This document shows, one piece after another, positions 49,961-62,542 of a stretch of DNA of 64,000 nucleotides (its first letter is position 1; each line of letters opens with the position of its first letter). This DNA is from Podarcis liolepis (Eukaryota). The notes beneath the pieces are model-generated. The model was not told the DNA's origin. It saw only the letters and a list, made by a program, of their open reading frames with translations, and searched no databases. The translations under genes were made by a program, and so were the position numbers. Location: NCBI GenBank assembly GCA_965112155.1, contig OZ218105.1; one strand, 5' to 3'.

Positions 49961-52900
49961 ACTTATGGAACAATCAGTTAATCACAGTGCCCACTAGATG
50001 TCATCAGGTTGTTGCGGGGGGCGGGGGGCGTTATGTGCTGGCACACTGCTCTGCTCATGATATGTGAAATCTGCTAAGCTTTTATATGTGCTGTGTTTTA
50101 ATCATTGTAACTGAAAACAAAGCTAAAATACGTCCAGTTCTTTTGGAATACTTATAAATAAACAATTACAAATGACCATCAGCTTATGAACAGAGTAGTC
50201 AGCAATATTATATCCAATGTCCATTTTCCATTGTAATTATTTATCCATATGTTCCAAGCAGGCAAAAACCTCACCGTGTTTAAATTCAGTACATGAACAA
50301 AAGGTGCTTGGTCATCTTTTGATATAAAATAACTTTTGTTGTGGGCTAAATTAATAAGAAAGAAAAACAGACCTGGTTTAACAAATGCAAGTAGTTTTAC
50401 CTGAGCATATCTGTGTACAAGAACGCAAATATACATAAGTGTATTGTGTATCTCCTGTATATAAATTTGTACATATGTATATTAAAAATTAACTGACTAT
50501 TACATGGTTAGTGTGAGAGCACTGTGTGAAAAGAACACAATTAACCAATATTTGTCACTTGCATCTTATTATACCTAATGCAAACAGGGAAGAAAAGCAT
50601 TCCCATTTCACTTTTGCAGTACTTCTACTGCGAGCTTTGTAGGTGGAAGTGCAGTGCACAGTACCTGTTATATAACCTTTCCTTTTCCAGCACCTACTCC
50701 TATGTGAGGGCACAGAGAGTTAAAGTGTGGGGACTCATTCTTCCTTTGTAACAGGAGAAGATTCTGAGGCAAGTGTACATGGAGTGCAAATATCTAAAAC
50801 TTGTTTGCCCAAAAAGCAAACAATCAGACTAGCCCATGCTACAGCAAGATTGGGGAGAAGATGGAGCAATTTGACACCTTTCCCCTTTCTTGATGCTTGT
50901 GTCAAGGAGGAGCTATGGTTTTTTTCTTGCAGACACATGTCATTTGATATATGAAATTGCATGACATGTGCAAGTGTAATTCAGGATGCTGAGGCCGTTA
51001 TTATGACATGTAAAATCCTTGAATGCAGCAAGGTATGGTCAGAAACATGACTTCCCTATTGAAATAGCACTAATTTATCACCACCCAATTGATGGATTGA
51101 TTCATGTTTATTCATCACACAATTATGTCTAGAGAGCCTGTGGACAAATTCAGAACCACTATTTGCCATCAAAAGGTGATCTTCAGACTTCATTAGCCAT
51201 TCAAATAAAATATGTCTGGAGAGTTATATCTTAGTTCTTTAATTGTGTGAAACTAAAGACAAAGAAGAATTCAAGTTGCTCCTGATTTCCTTTTAGTCAT
51301 ATTAGCCAAAACCAACTATTACAGAGGTGGAAGGAACTTAACTAGATATAAGAGTCTGTCATAAGGAAGTGAATGAAATACATGGATCCATTTCAAGGTT
51401 AAGTGGCCCAACTTTCTCAGAAAACACAGTTTTCACATTGTAGCTAGGGTTGTTGGCTTCAGTGAATGACAGGGTTTCTGTGACTTTACACATTGCTTAG
51501 GCTGGAGATCTTCAGTAGTAGGAGTGCAGTGACAGCGCACCTGCGATATATATCTTCTATCACAATTAATGACACAGGGAAAACCTGGTCCCTACTAAAT
51601 CAGGCAGTCCAGAGATATACTGAAAATAACAGGGAGCAATTGTGCTGAATATTTCAAAAGGCAAAGTCTGATCACGTCTGAACAGTACTGGAACTAGTCA
51701 TGTGCCACTTCATTTTTGAGACAGCATTTGAACTGGTTAACCAAGTGTGTGTTTCAAGGCTCTGACTCTTTCATTGGGAATGGTCTGTGTATCCTGTAAT
51801 TCCACCGGAGCACAGAATGTAAAATTCAGCTTCCTGAATATTTCCATTTCAGCAGAGAAAGAGTTTTACTGTGTGATGGAATGGCTTAATTTAGGGGGAC
51901 TAGCTACTGTCCTGCTTACTACCAGAATGCCTATTATTGTTTCTGAGAGGCATTACGCTCCCCACCCATTTCCTAAAATTGTCGTTACTTGTGCTGAGGC
52001 TGGAAATTGTCTCGTGATTCTACCTGCAAGGCCTCTTTCCCTTTTCTCAAATGCCATAGTTGATGTTTCTCCCTGCAGATGCTGGTGTAAGAATAGCGAG
52101 AGAATCAGGCCCCAGCTCCCTGCAACGCTCTTTGTTTTAACAGCACATTTGTACATTTAGGCTGGTATTATTATTATTATAACTCAGTTGAAATGAAAAT
52201 AATAAAAAAGCCCTTCAATATGCTAGCCCCCCTGCAGGGAAGAAAATCAGCAGTAGGGAACAGAGACAACACAGTCCCAGCATTATATGTAAACAAACAG
52301 GAGGTACAATATCTTTTAACGCTGTTGAAAAGCATAGGAATTTCTCTAGTAAACAAAACACAGTCAGAGCTATATGATTCCCAAGCAGTATTAACAACCC
52401 AACAGATGCCCTCAGCAGGGTTCACAGCTGTTATTGTGTGAGTAGGTCTTTGCTCAGCCAATTGCCGGTGAAAATCTTCCCTTTCAGATACGGAACTACA
52501 GTCAAAGGCCTATTTGCCACTCCATCAGCTGAAAGCCATAGATTTGATGAGTGCATTCTGCAGCAGAGTCAGCACAGTCAGATGCCTGGAACAGAACACA
52601 TTCATGAACCGTTTTGCAATCACATGTCTCTCCCTTCTGCTGTTACTTTTATTCCAAATTAGGGTTCAGACTAATATTCAGCAGCCTTCATTTGCTTATC
52701 TAGGCACACAAGCAGCAGGTTCTGGGTTTATAATTTAAGGATCTTACAAGATCTTTCAGGTGGGGAGGGGAGGGGATTCACTGTTTCCAAAGGTTTCAGG
52801 AGGTTCTTCATTTAACTTATTACTAGGCGACCCTTCGTTCGAACAGACCATATCAGGCATACATTCATCTCATTCACATATGCTAAACTATATGTTATTA

Positions 52901-54141
52901 AACCATGACTTAGTACATGTGAACTCTAGATGTTCTTGACTACAATTCCCATCAGCCAACACAGCTGTATTGGGAGACATATAGGAGCTGATGAATCTTA
53001 GAAGACAGCTGGTAGAGTTTGCAGTTGCAGGGAAATCTGATTGTTGAGAAAATGTGTAAAAAATAAGAGATTTCCAGTATCTATGAGCTGGAATGGAACT
53101 CAAATCAGGGTGCCAAGAGCCTCTTAGAAAGAAAGCGAACTAAAGCCCTTGTCAAGAAGATCCCATAATTGAGAGGCACAGGAGAAACGTGAGTATCCAA
53201 AGCAAAGAATAGTTTGGGCAGGTGTAAAAATGGCACTCCTGTTGTGGTGGTGTGCAGAGATTGCAGGATAAGGAGTGAGGGCACCTGAGGAGGAAAATGG
53301 ACCCGTGGGGAACTTCAGCAATAATTAAGGGAGCAAAGATGGATGGAAAGAGAACAGAAGAGTGGAGACTGGTGAGGGAAATCCATCAGACTGGGAAAGA
53401 CTGCTCTAAGATAAAATGAAAGGAAGGGTGGGTGAGAAAACAAGACAACAGACAGAATGAGCTAGTTAGAAAGTAAATTATTTTGGAGACAATTAGATGT
53501 CAGTACAGTTACCAACTGTACAGGCAATAAATTCATTGATTTTAAGTAATGCTGCCCAAGATCTAGGGTGCATTGTACAGTATGTGATGGAAATTCAGAG
53601 GGGACAGTCAGGGACAGAGCACTGCTGGCAAGATGGCTTAGGAGGTTCAGGGTTTTTATTTTTTGCAGTCAGCACCTCTTACTTAGGTTATAATTTCACA
53701 ACCTCTGTTGAGCCCTTTTGGATAGGGAAGCCTATACATCAAAATTAATGACTACAAATTACCCTTTGATTTGTTGTTTCCACTTAAACAGCTGGAAAGT
53801 GGGGATTTGGATATCAATTGTGTAGGTACCCATAGTTCCACCACCGCACAAGTTGGGCCTCCATTGCTCCACATACTTTGTTTCAACTGTGGGGTCCTGC
53901 TATGTTCCCTCTTAGTTATGAACTCATCACAAAAGGCTGCCTCTCAATTCTAAGAATATGTGGTTCTGCTGATGTAGCCAGTTCCATGATGGTAGCTAAA
54001 GTCCCTTTAGAAGATCATGGATGTGTGATGTTCTCCATAGCAATACTCCACATCACACTGCCAGAAAGGTACAGATTTAACTTCGATGTCATGGCTGTTC
54101 TGCTGCAGTCTTGATAAGTGGGGTGATTAATTCACCTAGGT

Positions 54142-54258
54142 CAGACTTGCCCAACCAGGTGCCCTCCAGGTGTTTTAGACTACCAGCAAGTGAACTAGCT
54201 GAAGATGATGGGAGTTGTAGACCATAATATATTTAAGGCAGCAAGTTGGGGAAGGCTG
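54142..54258. mobile_element. Short hAT-type MITE
   Basis: Imperfect TIRs cagacttgcccaacc / agttggggaaggctg. Confidence 0.6.
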
Positions 54259-54311
54259 ACTCATCGTAGATATACAAACCCTTAAGACATTTTGGCATCA
54301 CAATGGTAGTA

Positions 54312-54553
54312 CAGTGGTGCCTCGGGTTACATACGCATCAGGTTACATACGCTTCAGGTTACAGACACCGCTAACCCAGAAATAGTGCTTCAGGTTAAAA
54401 ACTTTGCTTCAGGATGAGAACAGAAATCGTGCTGCGGCGGCGCGGCAGCAGTGGGAGGCCCCATTAGCTAAAGTGGTGCTTCAGGTTAAGAACAGTTTCA
54501 GGTTAAGTACGGACCTCTGGAACGAATTAAGTACTTAACCCGAGGTACCACTG
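54312..54553. mobile_element. Tc1/mariner-superfamily (Tigger-like) MITE
   Basis: TA duplication; TIRs cagtggtgcctcgggtta / taacccgaggtaccactg; internal ttcaggtta repeats. Confidence 0.85.
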
Positions 54554-55794
54554 TATATCCAATCCTAAGCACTTATTTGCCAAGGCAGGAATTCAAAATG
54601 GTATTCATGGGGTGCAGTTTACACAGAGTGGATACAGGGTGTGTTCTTGCCGACTTGTGATCCCTGCAAAGCAGTTTTATTGCCTGTCCTTCCATGAGAA
54701 CAGTGTTACTGCGGAATTCTTTGCACACTGCATCTAGTGAAGAAGTTGTCACTAGGAGAATATCCAGTGCAAAATGGCTACTATGCTATTATGCAGTGCT
54801 GGGACGAAGGGAATGCGCAGTCCCACAATCTCCTGCACCTAGAGAGGTAGGTGATGCCTTCATCTTAACTGCCAAAAAAATCTTTGTGGTCATAAGTAAT
54901 AATTGAATAAATCAGGGGTTGCTAACATGGTGCCCACATGCCCACAGAGGCCTTCCTTGTTGCCCACAAGGTTCCTGCCTCCTCCTCCTCCTCTTCCCTT
55001 GGGACTTTGGCTTGAAAGAAGCTTTCAAATGTAGCTGATAGAATAGAATGCAGTCTGTGCTTGGGCTGTGTTGTGTGCAGAGCCAGATTTAGGGGAGCAT
55101 GACCGGTTCATCCACTCTGGGCACCAAGCCGAAAGGGGGCCACAAGGAATGCTACAACACTGATAAACAATGGAAGGCGAGAAGCGGGGCGCCACCCAAT
55201 TTTAAATCCCAAAGTCCACCACTGGTGTGTGCGGTGCCCGCAGTGTTTTTTTTCCCCCCTGTGTACAAATGTGCACAAGCACCCATCAAGGTTGGTGACC
55301 CCATCCTGCACTGATCGGGAAAGGCATTGGCAGCCTTTATAATGCAGGGGACTTGGGCGTAGACTTGGAGAATAGCAAGTCTGATGCCTTTCACAGTGAA
55401 TTTAATTCAAGTGCTGGGGTTTTTCAGGAGAGAGAGAGAAATCGAGCTGCAGTTGTCTAGAAGTGAGTCTTTTTGTCAAGGAGTTCGGAGAAGAGGCAAG
55501 CGGTCACAGGGCCCCCCTGTTCACCTGCCATCTGTCCAAAAGCAATTACTTCCAAATGGCATAAAGGGCTGGAAAGAAGCTATACCTCGTTGGTAGCAGA
55601 CTATACAAGCCATGGTCACTGACCTACTACTCAGGAGCACATGCGTCCCTCTTCTTGACACACAGCTAACTCATTCTGCCATTAAGACACATGAGCACAA
55701 TAAGCTGTAGAGTTCTTGGGGGAAAGAAATAAAGGAAGGATGGTTTTATATATATATATAAAGAAGTTATGTTGAAAAGCAGGTGGTTAGATAT

Positions 55795-55887
55795 GAGAGA
55801 CGGTTAGCTCAGTTGGACAGAGTGTGGTGCAAGGTTGCAGGTTCAATCTGCCCATATGGGATAGCTGCAAATTCCTGCATTGCAGGA
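55795..55887 (+). mobile_element. tRNA-derived SINE, 5' half (split by insertion)
   Basis: A box tagctcagttgg (55805), B box ggttcaatc (55840), then attcctgcattgcagg. Confidence 0.65.
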
Positions 55888-55904
55888 GATGATGATGATG
55901 ATGA

Positions 55905-55954
<50 letters not shown>
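55888..55954. repeat. Compound (GAT)n(AAT)n microsatellite at the L2 3' tail
   Basis: direct reading. Confidence 0.95.
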
Positions 55955-56841
55955 TTATTATTTATACCCCGCCCATCTGGCTGGGCCTCCCCAGCCACTC
56001 TGGGCGGCTTCCATAAAAACCAAAAATACAATAAAATATCACACGTTAAAAACTTCCCTGAACAGGGCTGCCTTAAGATGTCTCCTGAATGTCAAGTAGT
56101 TGTTTATCGCTTTGACATCTGCTGGAAGGGCGTTCCACAGGGCGGGCGCCACTACCGAGAAGGCCCTCTGCCTGGTTCCCTGTAGCTTTGCTTCTCGCAA
56201 TGAGGGAATCGCCAGAAGGCCCTCGGCACTGGACCTCAGCGTCCGGGCAGAATGATGGGGGTGGAGACGCTCCTTCAGGTATACTGGACCGAGGCCGTTT
56301 AGGGCTTTAAAGGTCAGCACCAACACTTTGAATTGTGCTCGGAAACGTACTGGGAGCCAATGCAGGTCTTTCAAGACCGGTGTTATATGGTCTCGGCGGC
56401 CACTCCCAGTCACCAGTCTAGCTGCCGCATTCTGGATTAGTTGTAGTTTCCGAGTCACCTTCAAAGGTAGCCCCATGTAGAGTGCATTGCAGTAGTCCAA
56501 GCGGGAGATAACCAGAGCATGCACCACTCTGGCGAGACAGTCGCAGGCAGATAGGGTCTCAGCCTACGTACCAGATGGAGCTGGTAAACAGCTGCCCTGG
56601 ACACAGATTTGACCTGTGCCTCCATGGACAGCTGTGAGTCCAAAATGACTCCCAGGCTGCGCACCTGGTCCTTCAGGGGCACAGTTACCCCATTCAGGAC
56701 CAGGGAATCCTCCACACCTGCCCGCCTCCTGTTGCCCAAAAACAGTACTTCTGTCTTGTCAGGATTCAACCTCAATCTGTTAGCCGCCATCCATCCTCCA
56801 ACCGCCTCCAGACACTCACACAGGACCTTCACCGCCTTCAC
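55955..56841 (-). mobile_element. Young 5'-truncated L2-clade LINE; ORF2 C-terminal region with one frameshift
   Basis: WMAANRLRLNPDKTE, LGVILD, SRLDYCNALYMGLP, LQLIQNAAARL, LHWLPV motifs across ORFs 56461-56841 and 56039-56527; frameshift near 56540; CpGs retained. Confidence 0.92.
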
Positions 56842-56900
56842 AAATTCAATAATAATTGAATTTTTTATTATTTATACCTAGAAGTCTCAGGGTGGTCTCA

Positions 56901-56953
56901 GGTTGGACTAGATGATCCTCAGGGTCCCTTCCAAGTCTAAATTCTATGATTCT
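56901..56953 (+). mobile_element. CR1-like 3' tail (probable 3' half of the split SINE)
   Basis: ggttggactagatgatcctcagggtcccttccaa...attctatgattct is the typical CR1 3' end. Confidence 0.7.
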
Positions 56954-57787
56954 GTGTGCAGGCCTGTTAGCAGCATAATGAGGCAAAGGCAAGGGATTGG
57001 CAGCCGCTAGGTATATTCAGAGACATGGTGCTCCCTTCTCCTACTCAGGAAAAAACACACATTCAGAAATCAGTAGAAGAGCATTTGGGTATTTGGCTGA
57101 TAATCAGATGAAGAACTTATGAAGGGTTTCCACTGATCTGTTCCCACCTCCATTTTTATAGTGTTTCCAGAAGTCCTCAAAGAGGACTGTTTCACAAAAC
57201 TCTCCATTTTCACAGAGATGGGATTTCATAATTGTGTGCTGCAGCCACCTGGTACATGTTCATCTGGTACATTTTGATTTTTCCTGGCCTCCAACAAGCA
57301 CATTTTTAATAATTTGGAGGTTGGGGGTGGAGGTTTAGATCACTGATTTTCATAGCTGAGCGGGAATTTGAACTTGGGTTTCACCAGACACCTAAGCCCC
57401 ATGCTGCAGCCTGCCCAACACTGACTTTCTCAAAATTATAGGAATGCTATGAATGGATGGTATTGCAAAATTGCCTCCTGGATCATCATAGAGATTCTGG
57501 TGAATAAGAAGGAGGAGGTGGTCCCTAAGATACCTGTTACCTATAACAAGGCAGCCATTTGAAAACCTCTCCAGAAAATGGGACTGGGGGCGGGGGGGCA
57601 GGACTGCCAACGCTACCTGGACAGCTTTTGGTGTGGGAGACAAAGGTTACTTCAAAAACTACCCTCCTAGACACTCCTTACAGTCTCTTAAAGTAGCTTT
57701 TCAAAACATCTCACTATTTTACATTTGCAAACGTATGCAAATGTTCAAATGCGGCAGCTGAATAACTATTAGCTTCCCTGTTGATTA

Positions 57788-58122
57788 GGGCTGCGGGTGG
57801 CGCTGTGGGTTAAACCACAGAGCCTAGGGCTTACCGATCAGAAGGTCAGTGGTTCGAATCCCCACAACGGGGTGAGCTCCCGTTGCTTGGTCCCTGCTTC
57901 TGCCAACCTAGCAGTTTGAAAGCACGTCAAAGTGCAAGTAGACAAATAGGAACCGCTCCGGCGGGAAGGTAAACAGCGTTTCCGTGCACTGCTCTGGTTC
58001 ACCAGAAGCGGCTTAGTCATGCTGGCTGTACGGCTCCCTCAGCCAATAAAGTGAGATGAGCGCTGCAACCCCAGAGTTGGTCACAACTGGACCTAATGGT
58101 CAGGGGTCCCTTTACCTTTACC
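57788..58122 (+). mobile_element. Full-length Sauria-type SINE
   Basis: A box tggcgctgtggg, B box ggttcgaatcc, (ACCTTT)n tail, exact 13-bp TSD tccctgttgatta (57775-57787, 58123-58135). Confidence 0.92.
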
Positions 58123-61100
58123 TCCCTGTTGATTACAGACATAGAAACAGTTTTCTCATACATGTTGGCTTTGACTTTCCCATTCCTTTATTTAGCCTCT
58201 TCACTTATCCCAGTTAAACTATTTGGACTGAAAATCACACCCATCCGCCCGCCCGCCCCCCCCCCCCAATATCCCCACAGGGATGGGATAACCAGAGCTG
58301 GCCTATGGAGATGGGGTGCGGCTTCACCACCAGCCCTGGTGGTGCTTTTTCCCTTGTCTAAACTGCCTCCCGGAGCTGCTGTTTGCCCTTCAGAAGAAAA
58401 CTTGTAGATAACATTGGATTGGGGTGGTGTTTTTTTTGCAAAACCTTATTCTGGCCACTTCTTCTATGTCCACTAGGTGGAGCTCTAACTCCCCGGATTA
58501 GCACAGCGCGTTTCACACTTAACTGTGAAACAGGCAGATGCTGCAAAAAAACAAACAAAACTAAAACCGGGGACAGCAGGACTTGACATTTCTATAGGGA
58601 GCAAAAGAACCGTCACAACAGGCAGGAAGAACAAGGCACCCCTGGGTGGCACACATATCTTTATGGGGGAGCGGGAGGAGACAGTTATGTTGCAAAAGGT
58701 TCTGTGACTCAAGAGCAAGCCACCTCTTCCTCTTTCCTTTCCTTTTCTGGGCTGTGAGTCATCTGGCTGCCTGTTTTGTTCTCGACAAGGCAGCCTGCTG
58801 ATCTTGTATGCATCTTGACTCAAGACAAGTCTCAGCCTCAGGAGGATCAGCATCAGGGACTGCAGCTTTTTTGGAAAAAGGAGGAACAGCGAGCAATTTC
58901 CATAAGAAACAGAGTCACGGGCATCATGCGGTGAGAGTGACTGAGCTGGCAGAGAGCAGCAGCAGCAGCTCAATTCCTCATCAAGGCCTGGACCCCGGAG
59001 GCCCTTTGCCATTTTCATATTTAAAGTGCAATCCGGTGGTCTCTAGCATCTCAGGGGCCGCAGAATAGATTGGCTTTATCCCATTGACTTCAGAGGAGGA
59101 GATCCAGTGTTGGAACCTACTTTTCTGACTCCATTAGCTCCTCCAAAAGCCTAACCCAAACAACATTAGATCTTTGATGGCAGAACTGCCAAAAAGGGGA
59201 CATGTGGGGGTGGGGGTGTCATATTGTGAAGTGGCTGTGATCCAAAGGATCCTAAGCCCTCCTGGTCGCCTGTCACACACCCCAAACTGGGGTTCAGGGT
59301 TTTCCTTTGAAAGTTAAATGGCAAAATAAAATAGAGGCTAAAGACCTATTCCACCCATGTCGGTCCTTTCCTCCTGAACGTTTTGTGACTGGCACTAATT
59401 GGGTGGAATGGTTCCCTGTTTCAGCATTGCCTTTGAGCTGATGTGGGAAGACATATTAAAGTTCTGTTAAAGCCATGGTGGGCCATTCGCACATGCAAGG
59501 TGTCACCTGATGTTGCAGTCTTCAAGTGATTAACATGCATTCAGGGTCAGGTTTTGGTGATACTCTTCATCTAGGTACCATCTATCCCTGTTCGGTGTTT
59601 GCTATTACTTTTTCTTTTTCTGTAAATAATTTTTATTCATTTTCAATAAAATCCTCCAATTAATGACAAATCCAATCAAATCATTCCAAATTACAATAAT
59701 AATAATACCAATTATATACTCCAATTATAAAAAATTTCAAAAGGGGACTCCCCATGTCCCAGATGTCTTGAGATTTTTGCCCTCATTACAGTCTCTGCGT
59801 TCTTTGCTATTGTTCAGTTCATAACTCTGATAGTTTGCTATTTCAATCATTTCAACCGTTTCCTAAATTTGGGTGACTGGAAGTAGTACTGTTACTGTGG
59901 TCCGAAGAGTGCTCAGATCAGATTTCAATTATCAATGCACTCAGGACAGTCACCTCTGTGGGATTATTACATATATATAAATTGGCAAACCCATAAATAT
60001 ACTTGAAACTAACAGAGTTGTTGCTCCTCTATCAGCGCCAGGCCTCATTGTTTTCCTGCAATACTTTATTATTTGTGGTAGAATACAATCTTGTCACAGA
60101 CTATTTCACTTTAGTGCTGTACTAAACACTTGCACTGTATTTTCTCCCTAACCACCCACCATCTAATAATAACAAAAGAAAGCACATTTTAAACCGATCC
60201 AGCACATCAAAAAGAATTATCAAAAACATCAACCCAAAAGCAATAAAAAATAAACCCACACATAAAAGATACTTGAGAACAATTCCATATATGAAAGCAA
60301 TTTCACATGGAAAAACACATGGAAAATCCAGTACAGATACGGACTTGGACAAATATTTCCACTTAAAGGGCTTTTTGAAAGAGGAAGGTCCTTCAACAGG
60401 CGTCCAAAAGTTCACGAGACATAAATTGGATTGTGGAAACCAAACATATGGAGAATGAGGCATGAGATTCCTAAACAGGATGCCCATTATGAAGATGCTC
60501 CCCATCTTATGTGCTGCAGCTCCTAGCTTACCAAGCATTATCCTTGTGTAGACCTTCCTGTCTTTCTATCAGAATTTTTCTATCCTCTTTTCCTGTTTTA
60601 TCAGCGGTATGCCAGGAGAGGGAGCGGTATACCAAGAAATGAATTACATTGAGCAGTTTGGAAAAACCTACCAGATACTGAAGATACTTTTTGAAGATAC
60701 AGTACTTTTTGAAATCGCACATATTCCACCCAATACAGCCAATACCCTTAGGTTGCAATTTGATGCACATTTAGCTGAAAAGTAGCCTGGGAGAACACAT
60801 TAGGACTTCTGAGTAAATGTGCTGCTCTGTTGAACGCGGAATTTTGCTCACGTCATCTCAGTCACTTGTTCAAGCAGAAACGATCCCGAGCATCATAGCT
60901 GTATCAGCTTAGCTCCTGTTACTTTTTCATATTTATTTTCCAAATTAGTTTCATCAGTGCTTTGTAAGCAGAGATCCACACCAGAGTGTTCTCACGAAAC
61001 CTACAAAGGGGAAAGTGAGCTTAACCAAGACACCAAAGCCTGGCTTGGTGGTTTCTGTTGCCCTTTGTAGCAAATGGGCTACAATTTGAAACATAGGACT

Positions 61101-61783
61101 CAGCTATACAGCTTCAAATAAAACGTTTTAAAGTGTGTTTTAAGTGCAATATACAATGTGACACTAGATGGCCATGGTGAGCCTTATGGAAAATTCAATG
61201 TATTCTTTAAAATGCTTTTTCAAAAAGCATTTTCAGAACCATTTTTTGGGGGGGGGGGTATGTGTGTAGATTCCACCATAGTTATGGCGAGAGGGCAATA
61301 AGTGCCTCTTTGCATCAGGCAAATGAGTCATCAGTGGTTGCAGGCAGATTTCAGCCAGTCCAACAAAATCCCCAAACGCACCCAACTTTACCCTCTCGCG
61401 TGTAACGTCCTTATCATCATCATCATCATCATCTTCATCACTTTTAATTTGTATACCAGCTTTCTATTTAACAATACCCAAGGCGGTTTACAGACTGAAG
61501 AATCAAAAAATGTACACCTTATAACAATCTAATCCAATACAAAAATATGATAATAAAACACACCTTTAAAATAAGCAACTTATATCAAATAAAGTAATAC
61601 TCATAGAATAGTAGGTTCACTCTGGTGGGGGAAAGCAAAGCACTAAGGGACACTATTGTAGTGGAGATAAAAAACTGTTACCCGTTCCTGAAATAGGATT
61701 ATTTCACCTTCACTGACAGGGATCCCAAGGAGAGTGCAGTGTGTTATCTCACACACCATAACACAAAAAGCCACCTGCAGTGA

Positions 61784-61973
61784 GGAAGAGCCACAGCTCA
61801 GTGGCAGAGCACCTGTGTTGCAGACCAAAGGTCTCAGGTTCAATCCCAGGCATCTCCAGGTAAGGATGGAAAAGATTCCCTATCTGAAATGCTGGAGAGC
61901 AGCTGACAGTCAGTCTAGACAATACTGGGCTCAAGATGGGCCACCGGTCTGGTTGAACAGAAAGCTTGTTCCT
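61784..61973 (+). mobile_element. tRNA-derived squamate SINE (Squam3-like)
   Basis: A box agctcagtggcagagc, B box ggttcaatccc, followed by catctccaggtaagg...ctggagagcagctg body. Confidence 0.7.
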
Positions 61974-62183
61974 GTGCAATGCATGGGCCTTCCCCTTCTC
62001 ACAATGACCACTTTTCTGTAGTCCTTAATGATAAAGATACGTCTGCACTACGAAATGGATGGCTGATATACTAGGGCACTTGTTCCATAATCAAAGGCTG
62101 GTGGACAAGGTAGAAAATGAGGAAGTTGTTGGGGAAAATATGTGCACTGGAGTAGTTCAACTGGGCAGAGAGTTTAGCTTTTT

Positions 62184-62235
<52 letters not shown>
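62184..62235. repeat. (CAA)n microsatellite
   Basis: direct reading. Confidence 0.95.
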
Positions 62236-62236
<1 letters not shown>

Positions 62237-62327
62237 AATTGGTGGATGAGTGTAGCCTAAATATTGGTTTGTAAGTTATGGTGCACACTATCCAGTTTAT
62301 GGTGTTTTTCCCCCTGCACAAACCTAG

Positions 62328-62420
62328 CAGTGCAATCCTATCCATATATGACTCAGAAGTAAGACCTATGGAGGTCAGTGGGGCTTGGTTTCAGAGAAGT
62401 GTGCATAAAAATTGCAGCCT
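62328..62420. repeat. Short palindromic squamate interspersed repeat
   Basis: cagtgcaatcctat...attgcagcct ends; degraded relatives near 3120-3205 and 25632-25687. Confidence 0.5.
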
Positions 62421-62505
62421 AAATAAGGTGTTTCCATGTATGAGGATGGATGCCCCACTCATATAAATGGTGCTTGTACAAGAAGTGGATTGTGACTCAT
62501 AGTGT

Positions 62506-62508
<3 letters not shown>

Positions 62509-62540
<32 letters not shown>
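62509..62540. repeat. (AT)n microsatellite
   Basis: direct reading. Confidence 0.95.

Positions 62541-62542
<2 letters not shown>

Noticed and set aside
58485-59018. 177-aa minus-strand ORF
   Set aside because: Low-complexity, no domain, no splice support; region better explained as regulatory
59620-60540. Possible LINE 3' remnants and 138-aa hydrophobic ORF (60122-60538)
   Set aside because: Hydrophobicity reflects the T-rich strand; boundaries and family not supportable
55795-61973. A/B-box sequences at 55805, ~57798 and ~61795 as tRNA genes
   Set aside because: No full cloverleaf; each continues into a SINE body
55843-62345. Poly-L, poly-N, poly-I and poly-C ORFs
   Set aside because: Translations of microsatellites
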